A stretch of DNA of 45,822 bases from Octopus bimaculoides (taxonomy: Eukaryota). The stretch covers positions 264,150 to 309,971 of the forward strand of contig NC_068982.1 in NCBI RefSeq assembly GCF_001194135.2. The letters are read 5' to 3'. Both the position numbers and the translations under genes were made by a program. This document shows, in pieces, positions 12,178 to 24,208 of the stretch (positions within the stretch are counted from its first letter, which is position 1; every line of letters begins with the position of its first letter). The notes beneath the pieces were generated by a model that saw only the letters and a list, made by a program, of their open reading frames with translations, did no database searches and was not told the origin of the DNA.

Positions 12178-12218
<41 letters not shown>
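12178..12218 (+). repeat. (CA)n microsatellite
   Basis: Direct inspection; similar tracts at 20857, 22620-22683, 31838-31888. Confidence 0.9.
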
Positions 12219-12220
<2 letters not shown>

Positions 12221-12615
12221 TTTTTACTCCAACTCTTATATTGTTTACTTTTCACTTTCATTGGGTGCAGCTTCTTTCACTTTATTTTATTAATTCTACA
12301 AATTTTCAAATATTCCATAAATATCGCTGTTATATTCTTGTGTGTGTAACAAAAAAAGCAACTTCAAACTTTGACATTTTCTTTCTTATGTATTTATATT
12401 TTCATTTCTTATTTTATGAAGGTTATTTTTTTCTCATTTGTTTCCTTTTGAAATGTGGGCTTATAACAGTGAAATGCCAGTCTTTATTTACCCAAGACAT
12501 GCAATTTTTCTATAATGTTTTTACTTGGTTAACTTTTCTAAAAGTTTGTCTTTTCTTTAAATTCCTTGCAATTATCTTCTAATATGACTGATTAACATTC
12601 ACCATCTCCATTTAG

Positions 12616-12721
12616 GTTGTCTTGGTATACTAAACAGTTCCCAGCTTTGCAAGCAAAAGACCCAGGCATCTTAAAACTTCTCCGAGAACAAGTTACTCAC
12701 CAGCTGGAGTCAACCATCAAA
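12616..12721 (+). CDS. PMF1: PMF1 exon 2 (LSWYTKQFPALQAKDPGILKLLREQVTHQLESTIK)
   Basis: Acceptor TTTAG|G completes the phase-2 codon AAG; donor AAA|GTAAAT is phase 0. Aligns by eye to the Nnf1 helix F..LQ...P.....Q...QL..SI. Confidence 0.85.
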
Positions 12722-12894
12722 GTAAATTTACATCATGATCTTTTTTTTATGCCTGTTTTCCCAACGGGGCATGGATTGAGAGGATGTGTTTTAGTATAAT
12801 ATCTCACCATTTGTTCTGCTCCTTAAAAACAAAATGATATGTTCTGTCTTATAATCTTTTCTGTTTGTTGAACTCAATTGAATTGAAAAGTTCA

Positions 12895-15800
12895 GTATAG
12901 ATGTAGTTACTTTCCCAGAAGTTTTTATGCCTAAAATCTTCTGGGAAGGTAATCGCGATGGGGTAGGTGGTGTGGGCATACTTCTTGCAGGGATGTGGGT
13001 GCATAGAGGTAGTCAGAGTATGCAATAAAGTACTTAAGCTCAGGCTAGTCTTGCAGAATAGTATAGTGGCAATTATCTCTGCCTATGCCACTCCCCAACA
13101 CCACCACCACCAACTGGGCCCACCAAATGAACAAAAGGACTGTTTTTTTATGATATTCTTCTGCAGGCTATGAGTGACAATGATCTCATCTTTGTGGCTG
13201 GGGATTTCAATGGGCATGTTGGGCAGCAGCCTGGTATTTAATCCATGGTGTACGTGGGGGCCAGGAAATTGGTTCCCAAAACAAAGAAGGAACAAGGCTA
13301 CTGGAGTTCTGTGATGCAAATAACCTTTTGATCTGCAATACCAACTTCAGGAAGCCAGCCAGCCACCTGATAATCTACTAATCAGGTGATTATGCTAGTC
13401 AGATCAATTATATTCTCACCTGACAGTGGGATTCATAGTTGCTCCTAAATATCAGGTCATCCCATAAGTTCTGTCCGATTTTACCTTTTTTATAATTGAA
13501 TGAAATTTAATAGTATTTTAGAATGTCTAATGGGATTAAAAATTATTTTTATGCATTTGTGTACATTTAAACTAATTAAATATTATTTTACAGAATAATA
13601 GAATTAAAATTTCTTTGATTAAAACCCTTTCTAACAGGGAAGTATCCAAAGAGCATTTGAGGCACATAATGCTTTATGAGTACAAAAAAGGAAACTCTGC
13701 AGCCGAAGCGACTCAGTTTATTGGAAAGAATGCTTGAATGAAAGAACTTGCAGAAGATGGTTTGCAAAATTCAGAAGTGGAGANNNNNNNNNNNNNNNNN
13801 NNNNNNNNNNNNNNNNNNNNNNNNNNNNNNNNNNNNNNNNNNNNNNNNNNNNNNNNNNNNNNNNNNNNNNNNNNNNNNNNNNNNNNNNNNNNNNNNNNNN
13901 NNNNNNNNNNNNNNNNNNNNNNNNNNNNNNNNNNNNNNNNNNNNNNNNNNNNNNNNNNNNNNNNNNNNNNNNNNNNNNNNNNNNNNNNNNNNNNNNNNNN
14001 NNNNNNNNNNNNNNNNNNNNNNNNNNNNNNNNNNNNNNNNNNNNNNNNNNNNNNNNNNNNNNNNNNNNNNNNNNNNNNNNNNNNNNNNNNNNNNNNNNNN
14101 NNNNNNNNNNNNNNNNNNNNNNNNNNNNNNNNNNNNNNNNNNNNNNNNNNNNNNNNNNNNNNNNNNNNNNNNNNNNNNNNNNNNNNNNNNNNNNNNNNNN
14201 NNNNNNNNNNNNNNNNNNNNNNNNNNNNNNNNNNNNNNNNNNNNNNNNNNNNNNNNNNNNNNNNNNNNNNNNNNNNNNNNNNNNNNNNNNNNNNNNNNNN
14301 NNNNNNNNNNNNNNNNNNNNNNNNNNNNNNNNNNNNNNNNNNNNNNNNNNNNNNNNNNNNNNNNNNNNNNNNNNNNNNNNNNNNNNNNNNNNNNNNNNNN
14401 NNNNNNNNNNNNNNNNNNNNNNNNNNNNNNNNNNNNNNNNNNNNNNNNNNNNNNNNNNNNNNNNNNNNNNNNNNNNNNNNNNNNNNNNNNNNNNNNNNNN
14501 NNNNNNNNNNNNNNNNNNNNNNNNNNNNNNATCATTTGGGGGACATAACTTTCGCAAACCAGGAGGAGGTCGAAATTGATATTTCAGAGTTCTTCACTTT
14601 AAAACCAAAAGAGTTTTACATTGATGGGATTAAAAAGCTTGTAAATAGATGGAAGGAAGTCCTAGATAATCAAGGAAAGTACATTGATGATTAAATTAAA
14701 ATATAACATTTGATCATTTGTTTTTTTTTTTTTAATTCACAATTTGAACAGAACTTATGGGATGACCTGATAGAAAGACCTTCCCTGATGAAGAATGTGG
14801 GCCCCCAGCATAGATTAGTCATTAGTGACTTTAGACTCCAGGCCAGAGGGATGCCAAGAAGTTGACCAATCTTGGAAAGAAGAATTTGAAAGCTTAAGGA
14901 CTCTTCATATGGTCAGAGATTTAGGGACGTCCTAATTGAGAAATTTGATGAGAGGGAGGAGGAACATAGAGGACAACTGGGAATTCCTATGGGAGAGCTT
15001 GCTGAGTGCCACAGACCAAATCTGTTGCTGGTGCAAAGTCCCATCCATACCTAGGGTAATGTGGTGATGGAACAATGCTGTAGACAAGGCCATTAGGCCT
15101 GGGAGGCCTGGAAGAGTCAGGGTAGCAGGTAGCAGGTAACTGTATCAGATAGCCAGAAGGGAAGCTAGGAGGCAGGTATATCTAGCTAGGGGGAGAAGCA
15201 GAAAAGACATTTGCCTATGTTAAGCGATGTGAAGACCAAAGACTTGAAGTGTTTTGGATTGGAAGACAGTGTGTGAGGGGAAAATTGTGATGTCATAGGA
15301 GAGAAATGTGTTTGCATTGATGATGCTGCACTTGCATTTAATGATTCTGCAATGAAAGAGGTTTGTAAATGCCATTATGAAAGACTGGTGAATGTAGCGA
15401 ATGAATGGGCAGAGGAGAGTCTGCCAAATGTTGACCCAACTGAGGGACCAGCTATCCAAATTGATAGTACCTTGGTAGAGAAAGCAATTAAGGGATATGA
15501 AGACAGGGAAATCCCCCAGCCCATCAGGAATCACTGCTGATATGCTTAAAATATCTGGCAGTGTGGGTTATGGTCTAGTCACCCGTATTGTTAACCAGGT
15601 GATACAAGAAGGAGTCATACCCAATGACTGATGTAGCAGCACAGTAGTCAACTGTTATAAAGGTAAAGGTGATGCCTTCAACAGAAATAATTACAGAGGT
15701 ATCAAATTGTTATGGAGAGGGTCATAGCTTAACTAATTAGGGAGAGAGTTAGACTAGATGAGATGCAGTTTGGTTTTGTACTAGAGAGAAGCACCACTGG

Positions 15801-17410
15801 CACTATATAGGGCAGTTGCAGGAGAAATACATAGATAAACCTCTGTACTTGGCTTTTGCTGACTTGGAGAGAACCTTTGACAGGGTCCTCCGATTCCATA
15901 TCTTGTGGTCAATGCGGAAACTAGGGATAGATGAGTGGTTGGTGAGAGCTGTACAAGCCATGTACAGGAACGCTGTCAGTTAGCTGAGGGTTGGCAACAA
16001 GTTCAGTGAAGAATTCAGGGTAAAAGTAAGGATTCACCAAGGATCAGTCCTCAAACCGCTCTTGTTCTTCAGACAATAACAGAGGAATTTAAGACAGGCT
16101 GCCACTGGGAACTCCTCTATGCTGATGACCTTACTCTTATAGTTGAATCACTACCAGGACTAGAGATGAAGTTTCAGGTATGAAAGCAAGATCTAGAATT
16201 GAAGGGAGTTAAACCTAGCAAAAACCAAAGTTTTAGTAAGTAGGAAGGCAAGCAAATCACAAATCCCTTCAGGTAGATGGCCCGGCTCGATCTGTAGAAA
16301 AGGTGTTGGTAGAAACTCTATAAGGTGTATCTGGTGTAAGCTATGGACATACAAGAATTGCAGCAATATCAGAGGAAGGTTAACTGGGAAAATAGCTTTT
16401 GTGTCTGGAAGATGCACAGGTACAATAAACATCAAAAATGTACAGAAAATAGACTCCATCAGCTGCCAGTGGGGTAAGCTAGAAATAGTAGACAGCTTCT
16501 GTTACATAGGTGACCAAGTTAATAGCAGAGGTGGATGCTCCAAGAACATAGCTGTGAGAATAAGAATAGGCTGGGCAAAGTTCAGAGAGCTCTTACCTTT
16601 GCTGGTAATAAAGGGCCTCTCTCTCAGAGTGAAAAGCAGATTTTATGATGCCTGTGTACAAGCAGCCATGCCACATGGCAGTGAAACATGGGCTGTGACT
16701 GCCAAGGACATGCTTAGGCTTGAAAGAAATGAAGCTAGTGTGCTTTGCTGGATGTGCATGTATGACAAAGTATAAGTATCTTGAGAGAAAAGTTGGGCAT
16801 AAGAAGCATCAGATGTGTGCAAGAGAGATGACTGTGCTGGTATGGCCATGTGATGTGTACGGACAAGGACAGCTGTGTAAAGAAGTGCTGATCTCTAACT
16901 GTTGAGGGAACCTGTGGTAGAGGTAGACATGGAACAAAGTGGTAAAGCACGATCTCCGAACTTTGGGCCTCACGGAGACAATGACTAGCGACTGAGACTT
17001 TTGGCGATATACTGTGGCTGAGAAGACCTGTCAAGCCAAGTGAAATTGTAGTCGTGAGTGGTGCTGGTGGCACATAAACAGCACCTTTCAATCGTTGGGC
17101 CTCACAAAGGCAAAGTGGCCGATGCCAGTGGCACATGAAAAGCACCTTTTGAGTATTGGGCTTCATGTAGGCAATGTCAAATGACCAAGACCTTTGGCAT
17201 GATGCTGTACTTGAGAAGAAGACCCATCAAGCCAACTGAATTCACAATCGTAGCAGATACTGGTGTCATGTAAATGGCACGTAAAAGCACCCATTACACT
17301 CTTGGAGTGGTGGTTGGCATCAGGAAGGGCACCCAGCTGTAGAAAACCATACCAAATCAGATTGGAGTCTGGTGCAGCCTTCCAGCTTAGCAGTCCTGGT
17401 CAAACCATCC
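12895..17410 (+). mobile_element. Near full-length decayed RTE LINE (APE endonuclease, RT, 3' tail), interrupted by a mariner
   Basis: GVGGVGIL, AYATP, VAGDFNGHVG, LLEFCDAN, QHRLVISDF; LYADDL at about 16115-16132; tail module at 17290-17410; many stops and frameshifts. Confidence 0.85.
13452..14770 (+). mobile_element. Mariner (Mos1-like) DNA transposon of about 1.3 kb; interior is an N gap
   Basis: TA-TCAGGTCATCCCATAAGTTCTGT ... ACAGAACTTATGGGATGACCTGA-TA (23-bp perfect TIR, TA TSD). HTH NERTCRRWFAKFRSG and C-terminal FYIDGIKKLVNRWKEVLDNQGKYIDD. Confidence 0.92.
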
Positions 17411-17414
17411 GGCC

Positions 17415-18720
17415 CAAGCATCAGTGGTGCTTTCTCCTGGCACAAATCCCAACTGCATCTCATCTAGACTAATTTTCTTCCTAATTAGTTGGACTATGGC
17501 CCTTTCTGTAACTTTCATCACCTGATCCAACAGTTTGATATCTCTGTAATTATTTCTAAGACGCCACCTTTGCCTTTGTAGCAGCTGACTAATGGTACTG
17601 CTACACCAGTCATTGAGTATGACTCCTTTGTGTACAACCTCATTAACCATACGGGTGACAAGACCTTAACCCACAGCGCCAGGTATTTTAAGCATCTCTG
17701 TGGCGATTCCTGATGGGCCAGGGCTTTCCCCATCTTCATTATCCTTCATGGCTTTATCTACAAAGCTACTGTCTACTTGGATTGCTGCTCCTTCTGTTGG
17801 ATCTACATTAGACAACCCCTCTTTCCCCCATGAGTTCTCAACATTTAGCAGCCTTTCATAGTGGCACTTCCAAGCTTCTTTCTCAGCAGAGTCACGAACT
17901 TCAAGTGAACCATCATCCATGCGAATGCACTTCTCTCCAACAACATCACAATATTCCCTGACACACTGTCATGCAAGCTGAAACACTTCAAGCCACTGGT
18001 CCTCATACTACAGAACATTGTCAAACTTCTTTTCTGCTTCCCCACTGGCTGGGTGTACCTACCTCCTAGCTTTCCTTCTGGCTACCTGATATAGTTCCTT
18101 GCTACTGCCACGTTTCCAGGCCTGTTTTTTTTGCTCTTATGGCCCTGTCAACTCCACTGTTCTATCACCATGTGACCCTAGGTCTGGTTGGGACTTTGCC
18201 CAAGCCACAAATTGTTCTGTGGCTCTCAGTCAGTTGCCTTATAGGAATTTCCAGTTATCTTCTATGTTATGTGTCTGTAAATCTCTGTCTATTCAGAGGA
18301 TCCTTAAGCTTCCCCATCCTTTCCCAGAGTAGCTTGCTTCTTAGAATGCGTCTTGCCTGTAATCTGAAATCACTTATGACTAATCTATGTTGAGAGGTAG
18401 ATTCTTCACCAGCGAAGGCCTTTGCATTTATCAGCAATCAAATCTTGCTTTCTGGTGAGAATGTAGTCAGTCTGGCTAGCATGGTCACCAGATTCATTGG
18501 TTATCAGGTGACTGGTTTGTTTCCTGAAGTTAGGTCGTTTGCATCACAGAACTCTAGTAGCCATGTTCCCTCATCGTTGTTTTGGGAACCAATTCCATGG
18601 TGCCCATGTACACTATAGAAGACACCTAGATGCTGTCCAACATGTTCATTGAAATCACTCTGGCGACAACCCTCCAAGCGATGGGGCTGTTTGGGTAGTT
18701 GTTGCTGGTGAGGGTTTTTC
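17415..18720 (-). mobile_element. Antisense RTE LINE fragment (endonuclease to RT start)
   Basis: LLEFCDANDL, KEAWKCHYERLLNVEN, NYRDIKLLDQVMKV, DEMQLGFVPGESTTDA. Confidence 0.85.
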
Positions 18721-18789
18721 AAAGTCACAGTGAAAATCCTACTTTGACCCCTTTTCAGTCACCTTTTATGACTTGCAAAGGAAATGTTG

Positions 18790-18940
18790 GGTCCATTCTT
18801 TGTCATGCTGGTCTCTACACAACACTAGAACAACTTGGATTGAAATGTTTTGCTCAAGAACACATCATGCCACCCGGTCTAGGAAGCAAATCCACAATCT
18901 GGTGATCAAGAACATAACACCCTAACCATTAGACCACTCG
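18790..18940 (-). mobile_element. tRNA-derived SINE
   Basis: The minus strand starts CGAGTGGTCTAATGGTTAGGG (A box) and carries the TGTGTTCTTGAGCAAAACA core shared with the 22.9 kb and 37.2 kb copies. Confidence 0.6.
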
Positions 18941-19122
18941 TTTTTCACACAACTGCTACAACAGAACATGAGAGGTTATCGGCACTGACTCTTTGTCCTC
19001 ACTGTAGAATGAAAGACATGGTTGAGTAAGAATCAAGGAAGCATCTTTATCATGTCCCCTTGCTGTGTATTTTCCAGTTTTTGTTTGGTCCTTTCTCTAA
19101 CTACAATGATATCTAATATCAT

Positions 19123-19169
<47 letters not shown>

Positions 19170-19498
19170 NNNNNNNNNNCCCCCCCCTCTCTCTCTGCCA
19201 TTTGTAATATTACTGCTGCTCATCCTAATGACATTGTTGCTCAATTTGCTAGAAAAAGCAACTAAATCTCAAGTGAGGGCCTTCTGTCTTAAAAAGAAAC
19301 ACATTAGGTCTCACAATTCGACTACCTTTCAAAATAGATCTGCTCGGTCAAGACTGAGCTGGGCTAAAGTAATACATATTTTCCATTCATAAAGACGTGG
19401 TTGTTACAGAGTTCTTTACTTTGTATTTTTATTTTTGTTGTGTGTATGTGTTTGTGCTTCTGTAAAATGTATTGTTTGTTCATTGTTTTCTAAATTAG

Positions 19499-19602
19499 AT
19501 GGAGGTTGAAACAATGCTGGAAGAGGAAAACCTGATGGAAATAATGAAAGATTTAAACCAAAGAATCAAATCCACCAAAGCTCAAAAGACGGATTTAGCT
19601 TG
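19499..19602 (+). CDS. PMF1: PMF1 exon 3 (MEVETMLEEENLMEIMKDLNQRIKSTKAQKTDLA-W)
   Basis: Acceptor TTAG|ATG and donor TG|GTAAGT (phase 2). Matches the PMF1 pattern EEISDIKEEGNLEAVLNALD...AW. Confidence 0.88.
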
Positions 19603-20039
19603 GTAAGTAAAGTGAAATGATAAATTGACTTGAGTCAGTGTACATCAACCCCAGTATATTACTGTAACATATTTAATCAATCTCAAAGTAGTGCAAATCG
19701 ACTCGGTTTGAAACAAAGGAGCCTTTAGGCAGAGTCTCTTGACCTGCAAATAATAATAGTCACCTGCTTCGAAGAAAGGAGACTTTGGGTAACAGAGTTC
19801 TAGATTGACAAGAGGATGGCAGGGCCTCAGCTGGAACATTTGTAATCATAAGTTTACTTGATCAAAGCTGATTTCAAGCCTATGCTCAGAACTTTGAAGT
19901 TACAGGGACAAGCTCTCTTTATCCTTCACTCTAACTCACTCTCATTTCTCTTCCAACCAGAGTAGCCATGTAGCTGCTTGACAGCAAGACACCTGTCTCT
20001 CTTCCTTTAATGTCTTATCAAATGGCACAAAATCAACCC

Positions 20040-22620
20040 CTGCAATGTTACTTCCCCACTCTCCCTGTTGTAGGGTTTATGTCTTACAAGTTACTTGGCG
20101 ACCCAGTTGGTGCTGGTGCCATGTATAAAGCACCGAGTACACTCTGGAAAGTGGTTAGCATTAGGAAGAGCATCCAGCTATAAAAAACAGACAATGGAGC
20201 TTGGTGCTGCACCTGGCCCTACTAGCTCCTGTGAAGCCATCCTGCTTCTGCCATCAAATGATGATGACGACATCTACTCTGGTCAGTCATGGTTGGAATC
20301 ACTTCCCTTTCTAGGTGGGTGGCAGGACCAAGTCTCACTGATACATTTCCATATTTGACAGAGTTTCTACAACTGGAGGCTCTTTCTAATACCAACCTCT
20401 TTACAATGTGTACCAAGTGTATTTTATTATGGTACTATCTGCTCTGGAAATGTTGTCTTGTTCTCAGCAAGCTGGAAGTCCTCTTAACTCTAAATTATTT
20501 CCAATTGTTGAAAGCATGAGAAAGAGAGAATCTGGACGAGAGGAATAGTGGCAGGAATAGAACAGTAAGAACAGTAGAAGACTTGGTAATAGGTAACATG
20601 TTGATTATTGTTGTTGTTGTTGATGATGATGATGTGTATGTGCATATATCATCATCATCATCATCATTTAACATCTGTTTTTTATGCTGGCGTAGGTTGG
20701 ACGGTTTGACAGGAGCTGGCAAGCCAGAAAGCTACCGGGCCTCCAGTTGTCAGTTTTGGCATGGTTTCTTTGGCTGGATGCTGTTCCTAATGCCAACCAC
20801 TTTACAGAATGTGGACTGGGTGTTTTTTTTACATGGCACCAGTACATATGTATGTATACACACACACACACACACACACATGCTGATTATGATGGCTGTC
20901 CACTTGTGATGAAGGAAGACCATCGCTGACAATTGTCCAAGCAAGATGCCAGCAATGCCTGTACATGAGGTCTTTGTGCCAGCAGTCACTTCTGCAGTCT
21001 CCATGTTCACTATGATGTCCTCCTACTTGGCTGGGCATTCAATGGTCCCCTTACCAAATGTTGCACAACCTCAAATTTTAGGTCCAATAAAGCTTGTTTT
21101 GTATCTCACAGACCCCCTCCACCCAACTCACATGATCCAGATAGAAGCCAGTGCAAGATATCCAGTGCCAATATGGGTCGTAGGCTCAAGAATGTGGGAG
21201 TGCCATGATCTCAAGCATGAACAAAACATCCCTAAAATGTCCAATACCATTCCCTGCATATCTGGTTTTATACCTGAGTGACCTTCTCCTAGAGGCAAAG
21301 CTGAGGAGGAGGGGGGGGGCTGTTATTGCTGGATAGTTGTTGACCATACATTAGATTCATCTGTCTTTTTGATAGGTCTTGTATCAGGTCCCTTGTGAGG
21401 TGCCTCAAGAGAGCTACCGGTAACATGCAATCCAACCTGTTGCATGCTTGGATTGTTGGCAAATTAAACCAGCACCCAAACAGGCTTGCTTGGTGGGGAG
21501 GGTTGCTAAAAACCCAGCAGGATCCATATACCATCATCATCTGTTGTGTATGCACACTGACATTACACATCCAGCGGATCATACTAGCTTCATTTCTTTC
21601 AAGATTATGCATTTTCCTTGGCTGTCACAGCCCATGTTTCACTGCCGTGTAGCATGGCAGTTCGCACACATGCATCATACAGTCTACCTTTCATCCTCTA
21701 TAACTGTGGAGGGAACTTGTGGAAGAGGTAGACTCAGAAGATATAGAAATAGAACAAAGAGGTGAAATATGATCTTTGGATGTTGAGTCTCACATAGGCA
21801 ATGACAAGTGATTGAGACCTTTGAAGATTTGCTGTGCTTCAGAAGAGACATCAAAGCCAAATGAAATCATAGTTGTGGTCAGTNNNNNNNNNNGAGAGAT
21901 GACTGCACTGGTATGGTCATGTGTTGCGTATGGATGAGGAGAGCTGTGTGAAGAAGTGTCACACCCTAACAGAGGAAGAGGTAGACCCAGAAAGACATGG
22001 GATGAGGTGGTGAAGCATGACCTTCGAACGTTGGGCCTCATAGAGGCAATGACAAGAGACTGAGACCTTTGGAGATATGCTGTGCTTGAGAAGACCTGGC
22101 AACTAAAGTGAGACTGCAGCCATGACTGATGCCAGTGTTGCATGTCCGGCCCATTTAAGAGGACCCTTGATGCATCGGGTGATGTGGTATGCTTGAGAAG
22201 ACGTGTTGAGTCAAGTAAAACCAAAATTGTAGCTGTGGCTAGTATCCCTTGACTGGTTCCTGTTTTGGTGGCATGTAAAATGCATCATCCGAATGTGGTC
22301 AATGCCAGTGTCCTCTGACTGGCTCCTGTGCCAGTGGCACATAATAAGCACTCACTACACTCTCAGAGTGGTTGGCATTAGGAAGGGCATCCAGCTGTTT
22401 CTACAGCTGGATGCCCTTGGGTGGAGAGGGTCTGTGAGATATAATGCAAGCTTTATTGGACCTAAAATTTGAGGTTGTGCAACATTTGGTAAGGTGACTA
22501 TTGAATGCCCAGTCGAGATCAGATTGGAGCCTGGTGCAACTGCTGGCTTTCCAGACCTCAGTCAAATTGTCCAACCCATGCCAGCATGGAAAGCAGATGT
22601 TAAACGATGATGATGATATA
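20040..22620. mobile_element. Cluster of RTE 3' fragments and tails in both orientations
   Basis: Plus tail at 20090-20270, minus tail at 20650-20840, an inverted/forward ORF junction at 21540-21883, and a plus ORF end with tail at 21894-22620. Confidence 0.7.
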
Positions 22621-22629
22621 CACACACAC

Positions 22630-22692
<63 letters not shown>

Positions 22693-22904
22693 ATGTACAC
22701 ACACACAGAAAGATATAATACCTGAATCATCTTTGTTTTTCACTTTTTCATGTTTTCATGGTTGATAAGACACCAGTGAAATATTGGAGACAGTTCTTTC
22801 GTTTTCCAGGGAGGGAAGAGTACCATGTGACATGTTTATTCCATGTCTGAAGATGTCTGGGGTTGGTTGTTCGTGTTTCGCTCAGACTTGCAAGGCTATG
22901 GCTT

Positions 22905-22975
22905 CATTGTGTTCTTGAGCAAGGCACTCCTTTTCATGTTGCTCCAATCTTCTCAGCTGAAAATGAATACTAGCC
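22905..22975 (+). mobile_element. SINE core fragment
   Basis: TGTGTTCTTGAGCAAGGCACT...CTCAGCTGAAAATG, homologous to the 37088-37344 copy. Confidence 0.45.
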
Positions 22976-23784
22976 AAGTGATTTCAATGCTGTCCTTTCT
23001 CCTTCCAGCTGTCACATTGTCAGTGTTCTATTGAGTCAAGAGGCTGTCTGACTACACAGGGATCTCAAACAGTTACTGAATGCCCTGTTTATATTTGTTT
23101 GCTAGTGGAAGCCCTGCTTTGATATGCACACACATAAGCATGCTTGGAATGGCTTTCCTGCTGTTTCTGTCTTGCAATTCGAACTCAGAAAGAAAATGTG
23201 AAACCATGGCTCTGTAGAAGACACTTGCTGTATAGGGGGATTGAACACGAGACCACATACTTGCTAAGAAAACTTCTTAACCCTGCAGCTGTACATAACC
23301 TCATGCTATGTCACAGGGAAAACTGCTTAACCCTACAAACTATAAACCATGGCCTGGCAAGGCCAGAGAGATGCACCAGGTTCAGTTGTCTGCTTTCGCA
23401 GGTTTCATGACAGGATGCACTTCCTAACACCAGCCACTTTATAGAGTTCACTGAGTGCCTTTTATGTGGCACCAAACACTAGCAGGGTTGCCAAGTAACT
23501 TGTGAAACGAAAACCTCTCAGCTGGGAGAGGGAGTGCATCTGTGGGAAGTGGTTTCACTCTCATTTCTGCCAGTTGAGAGGCTGAAGTATAAAAGAGGGA
23601 TAAAGAGGGGTGTCTTACTGCAGAAGAGATATTTGGCTACCCTAGTAGGAAAAGAGGAGAGAATGGGGAGATTGACACACACAATCACACATCTATACAT
23701 ACATCCATACATACACCCCTCAGGTAACAATTCCGGGCAGTGTTTTTATGTTTTACTGCTAATCAAGTTAATTACTGTTGCCAG

Positions 23785-23983
23785 GCGTCCTACAGGTAAT
23801 GTTGATGATGACATCCGTGCACACTTGATGCCAGTAAAGATGAAATTACGAGACAACTTACAGACTATGTTGAGTAAATTGGAAGAAGAGAACAAACAGT
23901 TACAAACCATTGTATGTGAGCGACAGAAGAACCTGATAAAAGCTGAACAAAAATTGAAAGACTATAATGGTTTCTTTGAAAAA
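23785..23983 (+). CDS. PMF1: PMF1 exon 4 (RPTGNVDDDIRAHLMPVKMKLRDNL...KDYNGFFEK)
   Basis: Acceptor CCAG|G completes TGG and gives the hallmark AWRP(S/T)G motif, followed by a coiled-coil (LEEENKQL). Donor AAA|GTGAGT is phase 0. Confidence 0.9.
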
Positions 23984-24052
23984 GTGAGTTGAAATTTGAA
24001 ATAATCTTTTTTACTGACATTATTTTTTTATGTTTTGTATTTTATAGAACAG

Positions 24053-24073
24053 TGTGTGAAACCAAGCAATATT
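24053..24073 (+). CDS. PMF1: Candidate PMF1 microexon (CVKPSNI via the AACAG acceptor; NSV* if the upstream TAG acceptor at 24045-47 is used)
   Basis: Branch-like CTGAC, a T-rich tract, tandem AGs and a consensus donor ATT|GTGAGT at 24074. No homology support. Confidence 0.4.
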
Positions 24074-24208
24074 GTGAGTTAGAAATTGCCAGTGGATCAG
24101 TCTATAGACTCATATGGAAACAGCAACATAAGCAAGTTGGGAATGGATGGGGGTGTCTTTACTGATTTTTACATCCTTCAACAATATACACCAAAAGATA
24201 TAAATCTA

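Noticed and set aside
11889-12349. HT/CV-repeat ORFs (also 22401-22730, 31685-31990, 32328-32600)
   Set aside because: Translations of (CA)n/(TA)n microsatellites.
23534-23784. N-terminal extension of the 152-aa ORF as a separate gene
   Set aside because: It is intronic sequence that happens to be open; homology and the acceptor begin at 23785.
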